Positions 46,922 to 64,000 of a stretch of 64,000 nt of DNA are shown here, in pieces; within the stretch, counting starts at the first letter, position 1, and each line of letters begins with the position of its first letter. The notes below the pieces were generated by a model. It made no database searches, was not told the origin of the DNA, and saw nothing but the letters and a program-made list of their open reading frames with translations. Where the stretch lies: NCBI RefSeq assembly GCF_009914755.1, contig NC_060936.1. The stretch is one strand, 5' to 3'. The translations under genes were made by a program, and so were the position numbers. The DNA comes from the human T2T-CHM13v2.0 reference genome, Homo sapiens.

Positions 46922-48638
46922 TTTTTTATTTTATTATTATTATTTTATTATTGTTATTATTATACTTTAAGTTCTAGGGTACATGTGCACAATGTGCAGG
47001 TTTGTTACATATGTGTACATGTGCCGTGTTGGTGTGCGGCACTCGTTAACTCGTCATTTGCATTAGGTATATCTCCTAATGCTATCCCTCCCCCCTCCCC
47101 CCACCCCACAACAGGCCCCGGTGTGTGATGTTCCCCACCCTGTGTCCAAGTGTTCTCATTGTTCAATTCCCACCTATGAGTGAGAACATGCGGTGTTTGC
47201 TTTTCTGTCCTTGCGATTGCTCAGAATGATGGTTTCTAGCTTCATCCATGTCTCTACAAAGGACATGAACTCATCCTTTTTTATGGCTGCATAGTATTCC
47301 ATGGTGCATATGTGCTACCTTTTCTTAATCCAGTCTATCATTGATGGACATTTGGGTTGGTTCCAAGTCTTTGCTATTGTGAATAGTGCCACTATAAACA
47401 TACATGTGCATATCTCTTTATAGCAGCATGATTTATAATCCTTTGGTTATATGCCCAGTAATGGGATGGCTGGGTCAAATGGTATTTCTAGTTCTAGATC
47501 CTTGAGGAATCGCCACACTGTCTTCTACAATGGTTGAACTAGTTTACAGTCCCACCAACAGTGTAAAAGTGTTCCTATTTCTCCACATCCTGTCCAGCAC
47601 CTGTTGTTTCCTGACTTTTTAATGATTGCCATTCTAACTGGTATGAGATGGTATCTCATTGTGGTTTTGATTTGCATTCTCTGATGGCCAGTGATGATGA
47701 GCATTTTTTCATGTATCTGTTGGCTGCATAAATGTCTTCTTTTGAGAAGTGTCTGTTCATATCCTTTGCCTTCTTTTTGATGAGGCTGTTTGATTTTTTT
47801 CTTGTAAATCTGTTTAAGTTCTTTGTAGATTCTGGATATTAGCCCTTTGTCAGATGGGTATATTGTAAAAATTTTCTCCCATTCTGTAGGTTGCCTGTTC
47901 TGTCTGACGGTAGTTTCTTTTGCTGTGCAGAAGCTCTTTAGTTTAATTAGATCCCATTTGTCTGTTTTGGCTTTTGTTGCCATTGCTTTTGGTGTTTTAA
48001 TCATGAAGTCCTTGCCCATGCCTATGGCCTGAATGGTATTGCCTAGGTTTTCTTCTAGGGTTTTTATGGTTTTAGGTCTAACATGTAAGTCTTTAATCCA
48101 TCTTGAATTAATTTTTGTATAAGGTGTAAGGAAGGGATCCAGTTTCAGCTTTCTACATATGGCTAGCCAGTTTTCCCTGCACCATTTATTAAATAGGGAA
48201 TCCTTTCCCCATTTCTTGTTTTTGTCAGGTTTGTCAAAGATCAGATGGTTGTAGATGTGTGGTATTATTTCCAAGGGCTCTATTCTGTTCCATTGGTCCA
48301 TATCTCTGTTTTGATACCAGTACCATGCTGTTTTGACTACTGTAGCCTTGTAGTATAGTTTGAAGTCAGGTAGCGTGATACCTCTAGCTTTGTTCTTTTT
48401 GCTTAGGATTGACTTGGCAATGCGGGCTCCTTTTTGGTTCCATATGAACTTTAAAGTAGTTTTTTCTAATTCTGTGAAGAAAGTCATTGGTAGTTTGACA
48501 GGGATGGCATTGAATCTATAAATTACCTTAGGCAGTATGACCATTTTCACAATATTGATTCTTCCTATCCATGAGCATGGAATGTTCTTCCATTTGTTTG
48601 TGTCCTCTTTTATTTCGCTGAGCAGTGGTTTGTAGTTC
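46922..48638 (-). mobile_element. 5'-truncated L1PA (L1PA5-7-like)
   Basis: ORF 47525-48550 is L1 ORF2; antisense 3' UTR and T-rich tail. Confidence 0.92.
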
Positions 48639-49099
48639 TTTGTGGAGTGTAAGGCAATGTCATGTGATAAGAATGAGAAAATGGTGGGGTAGGAGTCTTA
48701 GTGGAGAATTGTTTAAAATTATCATTGCTGAAAATAGAAGAAAGAGCAAATTGTAAAAATAAAGGAGAAATGGGTAATGATAAGAGCACATTTGAGGCTG
48801 GAGAACATTAGTCTTCATTTTTTTAAGTCACTATTTAGTTGTGTGATATTCTCCAATATCACTCAAAAATATAGACGAAAAGCATGGTAAAAGTGGACAG
48901 TTAGATTGAAGCAGGATTAACATTTTGCCAAGAAGGTGCAATAAAAGGGCAGTGGGTAAGGGATCTAGGGATATTGGCATTAAGATGAAAGACTAAGAAA
49001 CTAAGTGGATCAGAAAAGGAGAATTCAAGAAAAGGCAGATCAGTGGTGAGAAGACAAGGCACTGAAGATGTCAATGGGGATGGCAGGACTGAAGGTAGT

Positions 49100-49730
49100 T
49101 GTCTTAGTCTGCTCAGGCTGCTATAATAAAATATCTAGAGGCTGGAAGTCTAAAATCAGAGTGCGAGCAAGGTCAGGTCCTGGTGAGGGCCCTCTTCTGA
49201 GTTATAGACTGCCAACTTCTCATGGTGTTCTCACCTGACAGGGAGAGAGAGAGATCAAGCTCTTTAGTGTCTTTTTTTTTTTTTGAGAGGCAGGGTCTTG
49301 CTCTTTTGACCAAACTAGAATGCAGTGGTGTGATCATAGCTCCTGGTAGCCTCAGATCCCTGGGCTCAGGAGATTCTCTAACCTCAGCCTCTCAAACAGC
49401 TGGGACTACAGGTGTACACCACCATGCTTGACTAGTTTTTTTGTAAATTTTTTAGGAGAGACACAGTCTTGCTATCTTGCCTAGACTGGTTTCAAACTCC
49501 TCTCCTCAGTGATCTTACCACCTCAGCCTCCCAGAGTACCTAGGAAGACAGACACAAGCTACCATGCCCAGCATCTTTTCTTACAGGGACATGAATCCCA
49601 TCATGAGGGTGCCACCCTCATAACCTCATCTAAACCCAGTGACCTCCTGAAGGCCCCATCTCCAAATACCATCACAGTGAGGAGTAGGGTTTTAGCACAT
49701 GAGTTTTGGGGAGACACAATTGAGCCCATA
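49100..49730. mobile_element. MaLR LTR (MST/MLT1A) containing an antisense AluJ (49272-49571)
   Basis: TGTCTTAGTCTGCTCAGGCTGCTATA start; old Alu dimer inside. Confidence 0.75.
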
Positions 49731-52042
49731 GAAATAGTACTCAAAAGTGAGATGCATAGACTTACGATTTCAGAGATAGAACATTTACAGGTGATGCCAA
49801 TACAAGGACATGGCCACAGGTAGATTAAGTGTCATGATACTCTCTGGAGATCAGGATCAAGGAAGGAAGAGAATAGGGGTAGGACTGATTATCCATATAA
49901 ATGTAGGAGGCACTCAGGATAATGGTGGGACATGGAGTCAAAGGAAGGATCATGAACCTCATGCTGAAGGCTTTAATGAGTAAGGAATGACTGACAGGTT
50001 GGTAAATTATAGCAACCAAGAGTGGCATAGGGTGGTAAAAGTAAAGGGTGTGAGTCTCAAAAAGACAAGGGGATTGCTCACAGGGTCAGAGAAGTAATGG
50101 TCAGGAGGTGGTATTGGGAGCTCAGAGGATGCCAAACCTAAGGAGTGTAGAAGAATCAACATCCCCCTCTTGAAAAGGAAAAGTAGTAACATCTTTACAT
50201 GGAAGAGCCAGGTCTCTGGAAAGGTAAATGATAAAGAGAACATCAAGTGAAGAAGATATAGAAGATGTGGATGTAGAATAGTTCCTTAACCACTCAATTG
50301 ATAGTCTATCTAGAGGGCACTATGAAACGTTTCTGGAGGGAGAGGAAGAGTCAGGGAACAAACAGTCCTGTTCCTGCAACATGAAAATGAGAATGCAGGA
50401 AAAGAGAAATAAGCAGAGGAATTTATATGATGGGAACACCACAGATAGAAATGTGAGAGCTGGTACCTTAGGCTGGTGGCCAAAGTTTTACAAGAATTGG
50501 TCTCAGTGTTTTCCAGGTGGAGAGGAACAATAGAACATAGGGAGGTGCTGCCTGGATTAACTGCATTGACTGCTAGATGGTCCATAAAATAGGGTACCTG
50601 AGAAGCAGAAACCCAAAATATTTTTGAAAGAATTTAATACCCACTATTTTAAAAACATTCAAATAGCCAGCATGGGAAAAATAAGACTTTGGGAGGGGGG
50701 ATTTCTTACATTTGTTTTATATGTTACTACTGTTTTTATGAATTATACTAAGAAGGGAATTCCATAATCTTGGTAACACCAAAGCCTTTCTATAGGACTT
50801 AGTTCTGTCCTTATACTTCTAAAAACATTCTCTGGTGACTAGAAACACCTCAGCCTGCCTGGGAGAAGACAAAACAGTCAAATTGATAGCCCAGGCTCTG
50901 GGGAGAGGTCTATAGTTTGAGGACACTGGTGGTGCCATGTGGTTCCATTGGCTCAGGAAACACCCTCACTTAGAAAGATAAAAGAAAATTCAGAACACAA
51001 GGTTCAAATCTTCAAGATGACATCATAGTCAAGCTCACACTTGGTAGGCAGATTATAATTCAAAAGCATAAAAGAGGGAATTTAAGAAATAATCAAATTC
51101 TGTCTCAAATTCTGTCTATACCACACTCACAGATCTATTTAATTACAAAAGAGTTGACATTTTCAGTACCCGAGACTCATTGCATTGTGTTTTCCCACTG
51201 ATCTCAGCTTGTGAAAATTCTGTCTAACAAGAAAATGCACATCTTAGGCAATACTGATTTTGGCTTTATCTTTCTTTTTATGAAATACAAATATGGCTGA
51301 CACTCAGAACATCTGAAATCAGCAAGGTTACCACACTAAGTTGATATGATTCCAGCAACACTTAATAGATTGGCATTTTTAGTTAGTCACACAGCCTACA
51401 CAAGAGAAAATTTACATCTTCCATTTAATTGTAATATACTGGCAATAGCTAAAGACCCTTGTGTTAGCCAGCATTATTGCGGATGCAAGTGACAGAAATT
51501 TATTTCAAACAAGCCTGAGCAAAAGTGTTAATTATAAATCCATTTTGCTGGGAGCACCATCAAGGCAGCTTACGGAATCAAGACTGGAGGTGCCAAAACA
51601 CCAGGATTAAAACATATTAACTTGTAAAACATCAGATCCCTCTCTTTCTCTCCCTCTCAATCACTCCATTTACTTTTTTCTGCGAGTTGTTATCTGATGA
51701 ATTTCTTCCACAAAGCAGACAAAATAAACACCAGCAACTCTGGAGTCACCTCTCCTTAGGTCAAGGTCAAAATAGCCCTACTTCTCCCCCACCTCTACTT
51801 TGGAAAATTCTTGGAACATATGCTGATTGGCCAGGCTTTTGCCATCTGCCTTTCCCTGGGACTGTAACTTAAGGAGTCTAACCTGGGACATTTGTTCATC
51901 CCCAGGAGTGGATCTATAGGACCATGATTAATAGTCCCACCAGAATTACATGGAGGAAAAGAGGAGTTCTTAAAGGAACCATAAAACTAGTTACCATAGT
52001 ACACTACAATGAGATCACTATGGCCATTCTCAAAAACATTCA

Positions 52043-52408
<366 letters not shown>

Positions 52409-52839
52409 CTAACTTGGCCTGGGGAATCAGAGAGAGCACCCTGGGAGAAGTGACATCTAAGCCAAGGTAGAAAAGAGAAGTGAGTAGAGGGAGCATTGAG
52501 GGTAGAGAAACCAGCAAATGCAAAAGCTATGTCACTGGAGTTGTAAAATAAAGTGAATGGGATCAGTTTCCCTCTGTTTTTCTGCATCTGTGTGTGCTGA
52601 CTCCATTTGGCCACATGCCAGTTGGTACACAGATGTTTGTCCCTTGCTGTTTTCTACAGCAGAGGAAATCACAATTGTGAATTCACAAAAAGAGTAACTT
52701 TAATGTAGATTGGGGCACTATGGAGAGGAAACCTGTCATGCACTGCTCCCCTGCCATCTCACAGATTATTCTGCCTTGCCATCCAGGAGTCTCACCTCTA
52801 AATTTTTCCACAGCACTCAGCCCCTTGGGAAATGTCAAG

Positions 52840-52904
52840 TCCCTCACTGAGATGGAGATGACTTCCCTCATTGAGATGACTTCCCTCACTGAGATGACTT
52901 CCCT
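52840..52904. repeat. 18-bp tandem repeat (GAGATGACTTCCCTCA[C/T]T), ~3.5 copies
   Basis: Direct reading. Confidence 0.85.
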
Positions 52905-55079
52905 TATAGGAAGCAGGCTCTCCAGGATGGACCATCTTACCTGGTTTTTGTGAAATTCTAATAAATAAAAATTTCCCCATCCCATTACACCCATGATTGA
53001 CTCATACAAGATCCAGTTCTCATGTCTTCCGAGGTAGACATCTGTGCCCTCTCTGGAGTGCCCTATATGCTGTGTTGAAGTATTTCTCAGCAGCCTAAAA
53101 CAATTACTTATTTTTGAAACATTTATTATTGAAAATCTCAAAAGACATACAAAAATAGACAAAATTGTATATTGAATTCTCATGTATCTACTGCCCCATT
53201 TCAACAATTATTACCTTATGGCTAATCCTGTTTTTTCATTACTCCTAACCAATCTCCAAAATTACATTTTATTCATAAATAGCTTTAGTATATATATCTA
53301 AAAAACAAGGACTCTAAAAACAAACATATTCTCCAATTATACCTAAAAGTTAACAATAATTGCTTCTTACGATCAAATATCCACCATTCACATTTTCATT
53401 GATTATCTAAGTCATGCATCTTTTCTTGCTACCATTTGTTCCAATTAAGCTCACACATTGGGTTAGTTGATAAGTGTTTTGTGTATCTTTTAATCTATGA
53501 ATTTTCTCATTACCTTCTTTTTCCCTTGCAATTTGTTATTTTCAAGAACTGAGTTGTTGGTTTTTTTGAATATTTCACAGCTTGAATTTTGCTAATTGCA
53601 TACATATGGTGTGGTTTACATGTTCTTCTGTTCCCCTACATTTCCTGTAAATTGATCTAGAGGTTTAGTCAGACTCTTGCTTGATTTTTTTTTTTTTTAA
53701 CAAGACTACTTCTTAGGCTGTATAATGTTGTTCTCTTAGGAGGCACATAATGTCTGGTTAGGTTATTTTTTTCATGATGATAGTAGCCATTGATGATTAT
53801 GACTAGATCCATTAATTTATTGCTTTTTGAAGATAAAAACTTGTCTGCATTTCTTTAAATAGGGTCTACTCTGTGCCACTCCCAAAATAATAAAATTGAA
53901 GCCACGCTCTCTGCTACCTTATATTGTCCAGGTAGGAGATCATAGTAATGATTATGACAGCTATTATTAAGTGAGCTCTTACGGTTTTTTATCTAAATTT
54001 CTAACATAAAGGTAGGCAACAAGGAAAGTCCAACATTCTCTAAATGCACCCCAAGGGTAATCTCACATTATTGCTTTTATTTTCCCCTCAATGTCCTTTT
54101 AGAATAAAGAGCCTAGACACAGGAATGAGGGAAAGAGATGCTGACAATTTTGCAGAATATCCCTTTAATGTAGTTCAAGTTTCAAACATGGAGAAAGTAA
54201 AGAAAAACATATTTGCTATTAGAAAGATATGAGCAAAATAAAGACAACTATTTTGAATGTACCATAATAAGGGTTCTGTACTTGAACTAAAAATACACTA
54301 AAGTGGGAAGTCTTAGCCGCTGGTCAGCTGCTCAGGTGTTGATTATAAACACTGTAGTGTATTTGGGAATGGTGTTGCTGAATTCACAGTACAGGCATAG
54401 GTAGCAATACTAAGATGGTAAGGCAAATGTTAGTGTCTAGCATTTTATTACATAAAAGCAGGCTCAAATTAGCAGCAGTTATAAAATTACCATTATTCAT
54501 TTTAAGATAGTCCTTTGCCTTCATGTGTATCTTGCCTTTTTTTATACATTGGTCAAAAGGAAATAGTAAGTTCTCAACCTGAATGAGACAAACATTAGTA
54601 TTTACTTTAACTATTGTATCATTCCGAAATTGACCCAATTTTTTAAAGATGTTTATTGTAGAGTTCTATTGTTTGTTTTTTGTTTGCATATCCATTTTTA
54701 CTATATATTATTTAACAGAGTGTGGAAGTTAGCCTAATTTGTTGCGGTTTATATGTTTGTTTTTTCCAATAATCATGAATAGGTATTACATTATATTAAA
54801 TGAGTTTTCCGATTCTGTTGAAAAGATAAAATAGTTTTTCTCGACTAACCTGTTAGAGTTAATTTAAAAATATTTTCAAATGTTAAATTTGCATTGCATT
54901 TCTTTCCTGATTTTATTTTCTTGGGTAAAATTTCTTAATTTTTGTTTGTTTGAACCTTTGCATTTAGAGTCATGAATAAAATGAGCATATAATTTTCCTC
55001 TCAAAAAATAAGAAAAAATTAAAATGTTCATTGCATACTAAAGTATGAACAAAAAATAAAAAATAAAATGTTCTTTAGG

Positions 55080-57840
<2,761 letters not shown>

Positions 57841-59054
57841 GAATCAGTTTTTAAAAATCTCATTTAAAATTGTATTCTCCAGATAATTTATCTAATTTAC
57901 TAGACTTAGTACTAAATGCCACTTTTTTCCCTAAAGTCTAAAGTTTGCCATCAAAGTATGAAGATCTACTATCTCTGAGCACCTTCTGATCCTTAGAGCT
58001 GGTGCTTCCTATATAAAAGTTTCAAAGTATTCAGCAAGGATAATAAATTCAAGATGAGTATGAAGATTGCTTTCCAAGGTGATAACCTGGAAGGTTGTGG
58101 CCTCAAAATTGAGGTAGCATCTCAGTCCACTTTTTAACTCATGTCACATTACTTCACGGTCATATCCTCTATTTTAGTCAATAAAGAAGCCACTCAGCTG
58201 AAATAACTCATTATTTTCAAATTTTTTTTTTATTTGCTCCCAACCTGCCTTCCAATCCTTGAAAGGAAAAAATAACACCACCTCCTATACTGTTATAAAA
58301 CTGCCAAATCTGTTTTTAAAATTTCATGTTTTTTATATTTATTTTCTTAAACATTTGATGACTAATTAAGCTTCCTGGTTGGAAAGGCCTTCCCGAGATG
58401 CTGGTTTCTTAAAACTTTGTACTAACCAGGCACTGGAGCCCTTACCTGTATCACCTTATTTCATCCTCACAATAAAGCTATACAGTAGGTGCATTTTTAA
58501 ATCTCTGCTTTTCTAGATGAGGAAACTGAGGTTCAGAGAAGCATCCAAGCTTCTCAAAGTCAGAAGGTGTCAGAGTGGACATGCAAACCCAAATGTTTCC
58601 AGCTCTGGCACCCTCACACTCACCACCCAACCACACCCCTCTTAGGTTGCCCAGTTTCTAGGTACACTGACCAAGCACTTTCCTGGAATATTGAATGGGG
58701 GTAGTAAGGCTTAAGTTTAGATCCTGTGTTTAGATCTGGTAGGAAGAGCACAAATGGTTTGTAAGGAAAATCCCTTTAATGGTTACCTAATTTCAGATTG
58801 TGGGTGAAAACTCAAATATCCTGTCTCTAGGGGAAGAAGGAAATATTACAATTCATATAAAACTAAACCAACCTGTTTCTCTGTACTGTCCACACATGGT
58901 AAGAAAAGTTTCTTTTTCTCTAAATACTTTCATTGTTGCTACTAATCATAGTGCCATTGTTTTTGAGTACTTTATGATTTGTCAAGTACTTTTGTCCCAA
59001 CTTTTAATTTTGCAAATTTTTGAGTCTACAAGTGTCAAAATAGTAGCACAATGA

Positions 59055-59486
<432 letters not shown>

Positions 59487-60125
59487 TAAATATTTCAGCA
59501 GCATTCTCTGAAGAACAAAGATTTTCTTCTTAATCATCAGCATTATTACATCTATGAAAATTAAAAATAATTCTTTAATTCTATCTAATATCCAGCCAAT
59601 ATTTAGATTTTCTCAGTTGTACTCGAATGTGTTTTACAGCTTTGGTAAATCCAGAATTCAATCAAGGTTCATTTATTTATTTGGTTCTCATATCTCCTTA
59701 GTTATTTTTATCTAAAACTGTCCCACCACCATTGTTTGTTTTTCATGACATGGACATTTTGAAGAGTAGAGGACTGTTGTGTTAGAAAATGCCTCACTTT
59801 CTAATTTCCTTATAATGAGATCCGAGATAAACATCTTTCTCAAGAATGTTATGTAGGAAATGTGTAGTTCTTATTTGCTTATATTGAGGAAACATTGTGT
59901 TGTCTCGTTTTGGATACTGACAGTTTTGATCTTTCGATTAAAGAGGTGACTGCCATTTCTCTCCATTGTAAAGGTATATTTTCCTCTTTGTAATTAGTAT
60001 GTAATCTGTTGTGTAATAATTTGAGACTGCGTAAGTATCCTATTCTCCAGTTAACTTTCACCCAACTATTTTAGCATCCATAGATGATTCTTTTCTTTTC
60101 AGAATCAATTATTAAAATAGAGAGT

Positions 60126-60432
60126 GGCTGGGCACAGTGACTCAAGCCTGCAATCTCAGCACTTTGGGAACCTAAGGTGGGCAGATCACTTGAGCCCAGG
60201 GCATCAAGACTAGCCCGGGCAACATGACAAACCCCATCTCTACTAAAAAAAAAAAAAAAAAAATTAGCCAGGCATGGTGATGTGCACCTGTAGTCCCAGC
60301 TACTCAGGAGGCTTAGGTGGGAGGATAGACTGAGCCCAGGAGGTCAAGGCTGTAATGAGCTGTGATCACACCACTGTGCTCCAGCCTGGGCAACAGAGCA
60401 AGACCCTGACTAAAAAAAAATTAATAAAATAA
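60126..60432 (+). mobile_element. AluJ
   Basis: Diverged dimer. Confidence 0.85.
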
Positions 60433-60833
60433 AATGGGAGGTGCAGTATGTATAAGAAAGTGCTATTTCTTATACATTAATTAGGTGACATTATTCCATA
60501 AAGATGAGCAGATCACGGTCCATATTTTCTATAAAGGGGAGCTTTCTTTTAATTATTTTAAAAATACTTGTATTTATTTAGCCTTTCCTGATAATAAAAC
60601 TCATTTATGTTCAATACAAAAAACTTTGAAAAATATAGAAAAGACCAAAGAAGAAAAGCCTGTCCATTCATAATGCCACCATTATCACTCACCATGAACA
60701 TTTGGTGTGTATATATCCTTTATTCTTTTTCTATTTATGTGTATTGTTTATCAAAATGGGATTATTTTCTATCAGCTTTTGTGAAGCCTGTTTTTTTACT
60801 TATGATTTTCAGATACAAGTAAATCTTATATGA

Positions 60834-61187
<354 letters not shown>

Positions 61188-63514
61188 TGATGATCTATTT
61201 ATCATATCTACCATTGTTGAAAATTTTGGTTATTTCCAATGTTTTATACTGTAAATACTGCTTCAATGAGTATTCTTGTTAACTCTTTAAATGCTTCTTT
61301 GAGTATTTCTTGTGGAGTTTTTGAGTTAAAGCCTAGGTAAAACATTTTAAATAATTTAATATTATGAATTTCTGTAAGAGAATATTGCTTAATATTTCCA
61401 AACTTTGACAAGACAACTTAATACGCTGAAACTTTAAAATCTTGTTCCCACCCGTAAGACACAGATTCCAAAGAAGAGATGCAGATCTCAAATACCTACT
61501 GGGATTATTATGTTGTTTGGGAGTGAGCTGCTTACACAGCGTTTTACTGGAGTTCATTAGAACTTCAATAAGCAGGTTGTCCATTAGATGTAAGAATCTG
61601 AACAAATTAGTCACATGGTCTCTATGGCAACGAGTAAATGCTGTTAGAATCTGTGAACACTCCACAGAACAATCCAGCAAAATGGGCCTGCCTCATGCAA
61701 AGGAGCATTTTTACCAATCCCTTTCATTGTGTTTCTGGTATAAGAACCTTAGTCTAAATGCACCTTTTTCTGATGAAATTTTTGTCATGGGCAGTGTGAA
61801 AATTAAAGGAACAATTCAAAGCCAGGGAGCAGTGATTGCATGTGATGAATGATGAGCCTGAGAAAACAGCAGCCAACAACCCTTACACAGTCCGTACCTG
61901 GCCCTTTGCTAAAATGCTGTGTTCATGTTGCCTCATTTAAACCTCAGGACAAACTTGTGAGTGAAGTGCCATTATTATTCCTGTTTCCAGCTGGGCCAGG
62001 AAAAAAAAAAAAAAAAAGAGCTGAGATTAAGAGAAATGACCAAGAAAAGTTCTCCATGTGTGTTGAGTTTTCTATGTGGAATCCCCCGGAGAGTGGGGAT
62101 CCTGACTTATTTTTCTCAGTCTCCCTTATGGGTAGCCACAGTGCTCAATTCATATCATTAAATGATTGTGAAAGGGAAGTAAATATAGGTTTCTGGATTT
62201 GTCATTTTATCAGGTGAGCTGGGAGGAATATTCTTCAGCAAGAGGCCTCATGCTTTACCTCACAGGGGACAGAGGGATCAGGGATAAAGATGGCTACTCT
62301 GGTTGTCTGGTAGAGCTGATGATGTTGCTGATGCGTTGGGTCAGAGGTTGTGAATGCTGTGGTTATTGCTATTGAGCTTGGGGCTGAGAGAGTTTGGAGA
62401 AGATGCTGGACCACCTCAGATACATCAGAATTATATTTCTAAAGTTTAGAAAATGCAAACAACCAAAAATAAAAAATAAAACTTATGCACAGTCTCATAT
62501 TTTGGAGTATATTCTTCTAGTCTTCTTTCTTCTTATATGTAAACTTTTTTAATACAAGTGAGTTCAGGGAGAAATGCTCTAGCATAACTTGCCTTTTTCA
62601 CTCAACATTGTAATAGAAATATTTTTTTCTGTGCAATTAAATATATAAATTCATTTTTAAAATTTGAGTTTATCATGACCAATAAATACACAGATCTTAC
62701 ATGAACAGCTCAATGGATCTACATATATATAAACCCCTCTAACCATCTAGATCAAGATATAGGATATTTCTAGCCTCCTGGGCTCTCTCATGTCCTTAGA
62801 CCTCAGACCTCATACCTCTGTGAAAGCTGTACTTCTTTCATGAACGGTAGACTAAATTTCTACGCCTAAAGACAGTTTCAAGGACTGAGACTAAATTCTA
62901 AGGAGCAATTAATTCCAAGGAGCAGATGGTGGCAAGCAGATACCATGAGACATCCTGACTCAGAGCTTGTTGACCACAAAAATCACAGGAGTGTTGAGAA
63001 ATAGAAATGAAGACCTAGGTTTTACGGACTCATTGCTATTACATGCCATTGATTCTGAGACCTGATTCAGCAAACTTGCTTTCTTACCACATTTCCACTC
63101 TGATCCTTGACCCAATGAAACAATCCCAACTAAATTTTGCTCAGAAAGTCACTCTCCCTGGAGTGCTCCCTATTGCAGTAGCAGTGAATGAAGTGCTTGT
63201 CTCTGCCTCTAACTGCTCTCAAATTTTTAGTTTGAGCCCCTCATCCAGAAGTAGCCATTATTCTGACTTCTAAACTGCAGGTCAATTTTGCCTGTCCTTG
63301 AACTTCATACAAATGGAATCATGGTTTGTACTCTTTTGTGTCTGCCTTCTTTCTCTCAAAATAATGTCTGGACAATTCATTTATGTTGTTGTATGGATCT
63401 TCTTTTTTATTGCTATACAGAATTCCATTGTATGACTACACCCAGAATTTATCCATTCTTCTGTTAATGGTGACTGATGTTTCCAATTTGAGATTACATG
63501 AATAACACTGCTCT

Positions 63515-64000
63515 TGATATAGGAGGTAGACAGAAATTATTTAGGCAGATAGTGAGGGCAAAAGAGTCCTTGGCAGAACTTCCCTTCTAACAAAAAGCAG
63601 CCCAAGAAATTACTTTTTTCTAACAAAGAGCAGTCTGAAAGCTCAAGCTGCAAACATAGATAAGGAAGCTGGAAGCTTGCACAGGGGGAGGCCTGCAGCT
63701 GCACTGATAGAAAGGGGCAACCTGGGGGCCAGGCATGTCCACCATGGGGTTCTACCTTCCCTTTCTTATTAGCACATGTATAGTAAGAAAGAACTGGGCA
63801 ACATGGAGAAGCTCAGGCAGAGAACCCACCTGCATAATAAAAGATTGTGGTGGGGGCTGCCAGAGATTTGTGCCCTTACGCAGGTGGTGCACCTGGTTCT
63901 AACCAGTTTTTCATGCCCTATGTAGATCAGACACTGCCTCACCGCTAGCTCATCTATAAAAACCCCTGCATTTCATCATGGATTGGCAACCCATTTTTCC
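63515..64000 (+). mobile_element. ERV1-class LTR (MER50/MER83-like), runs off the window end
   Basis: TGATATAGGAG...AGAAATTATTTAGGCAGATAGTGAGGG start; TATAAAA ~63955. Confidence 0.65.

Overview
Human (or very closely related great-ape) genomic DNA containing the whole PEX5 gene (peroxisomal PTS1 receptor) on the + strand. From GT/AG boundaries I reconstructed 15 coding exons between 11534 and 31605. They total 1920 nt, giving the 639-aa PEX5L protein: Cys11, LVAEF, seven WxxxF/Y motifs, the 111-nt PEX7-binding alternative exon and the TPR domain. There is a CpG-island promoter and tandem AATAAA signals near 32.8 kb. Upstream lies an L1-retrotransposed HERV-W processed pseudogene (R-U5...U3-R-polyA with target-site duplication), with an Ile-tRNA-like primer-binding site and two microhomology-joined deletions. 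The introns hold a 1.9-kb AT-rich minisatellite, a full-length antisense SVA and two diverged local duplications. The 30 kb downstream is mostly L1, Alu, LTR and DNA-transposon debris. I cannot demonstrate a new biological system from sequence alone. The best leads are: (1) an in-frame 21-aa Arg-rich N-terminal extension of PEX5 that resembles a mitochondrial presequence; (2) a duplicated splice donor adding 15 aa; (3) two intronic paralogous elements, one forming a candidate poison exon; (4) an unexplained ~400-bp insert ending in a perfect 22-bp palindrome; (5) a 33-bp templated insertion. Repeat-family names are by recognition and their boundaries are approximate.
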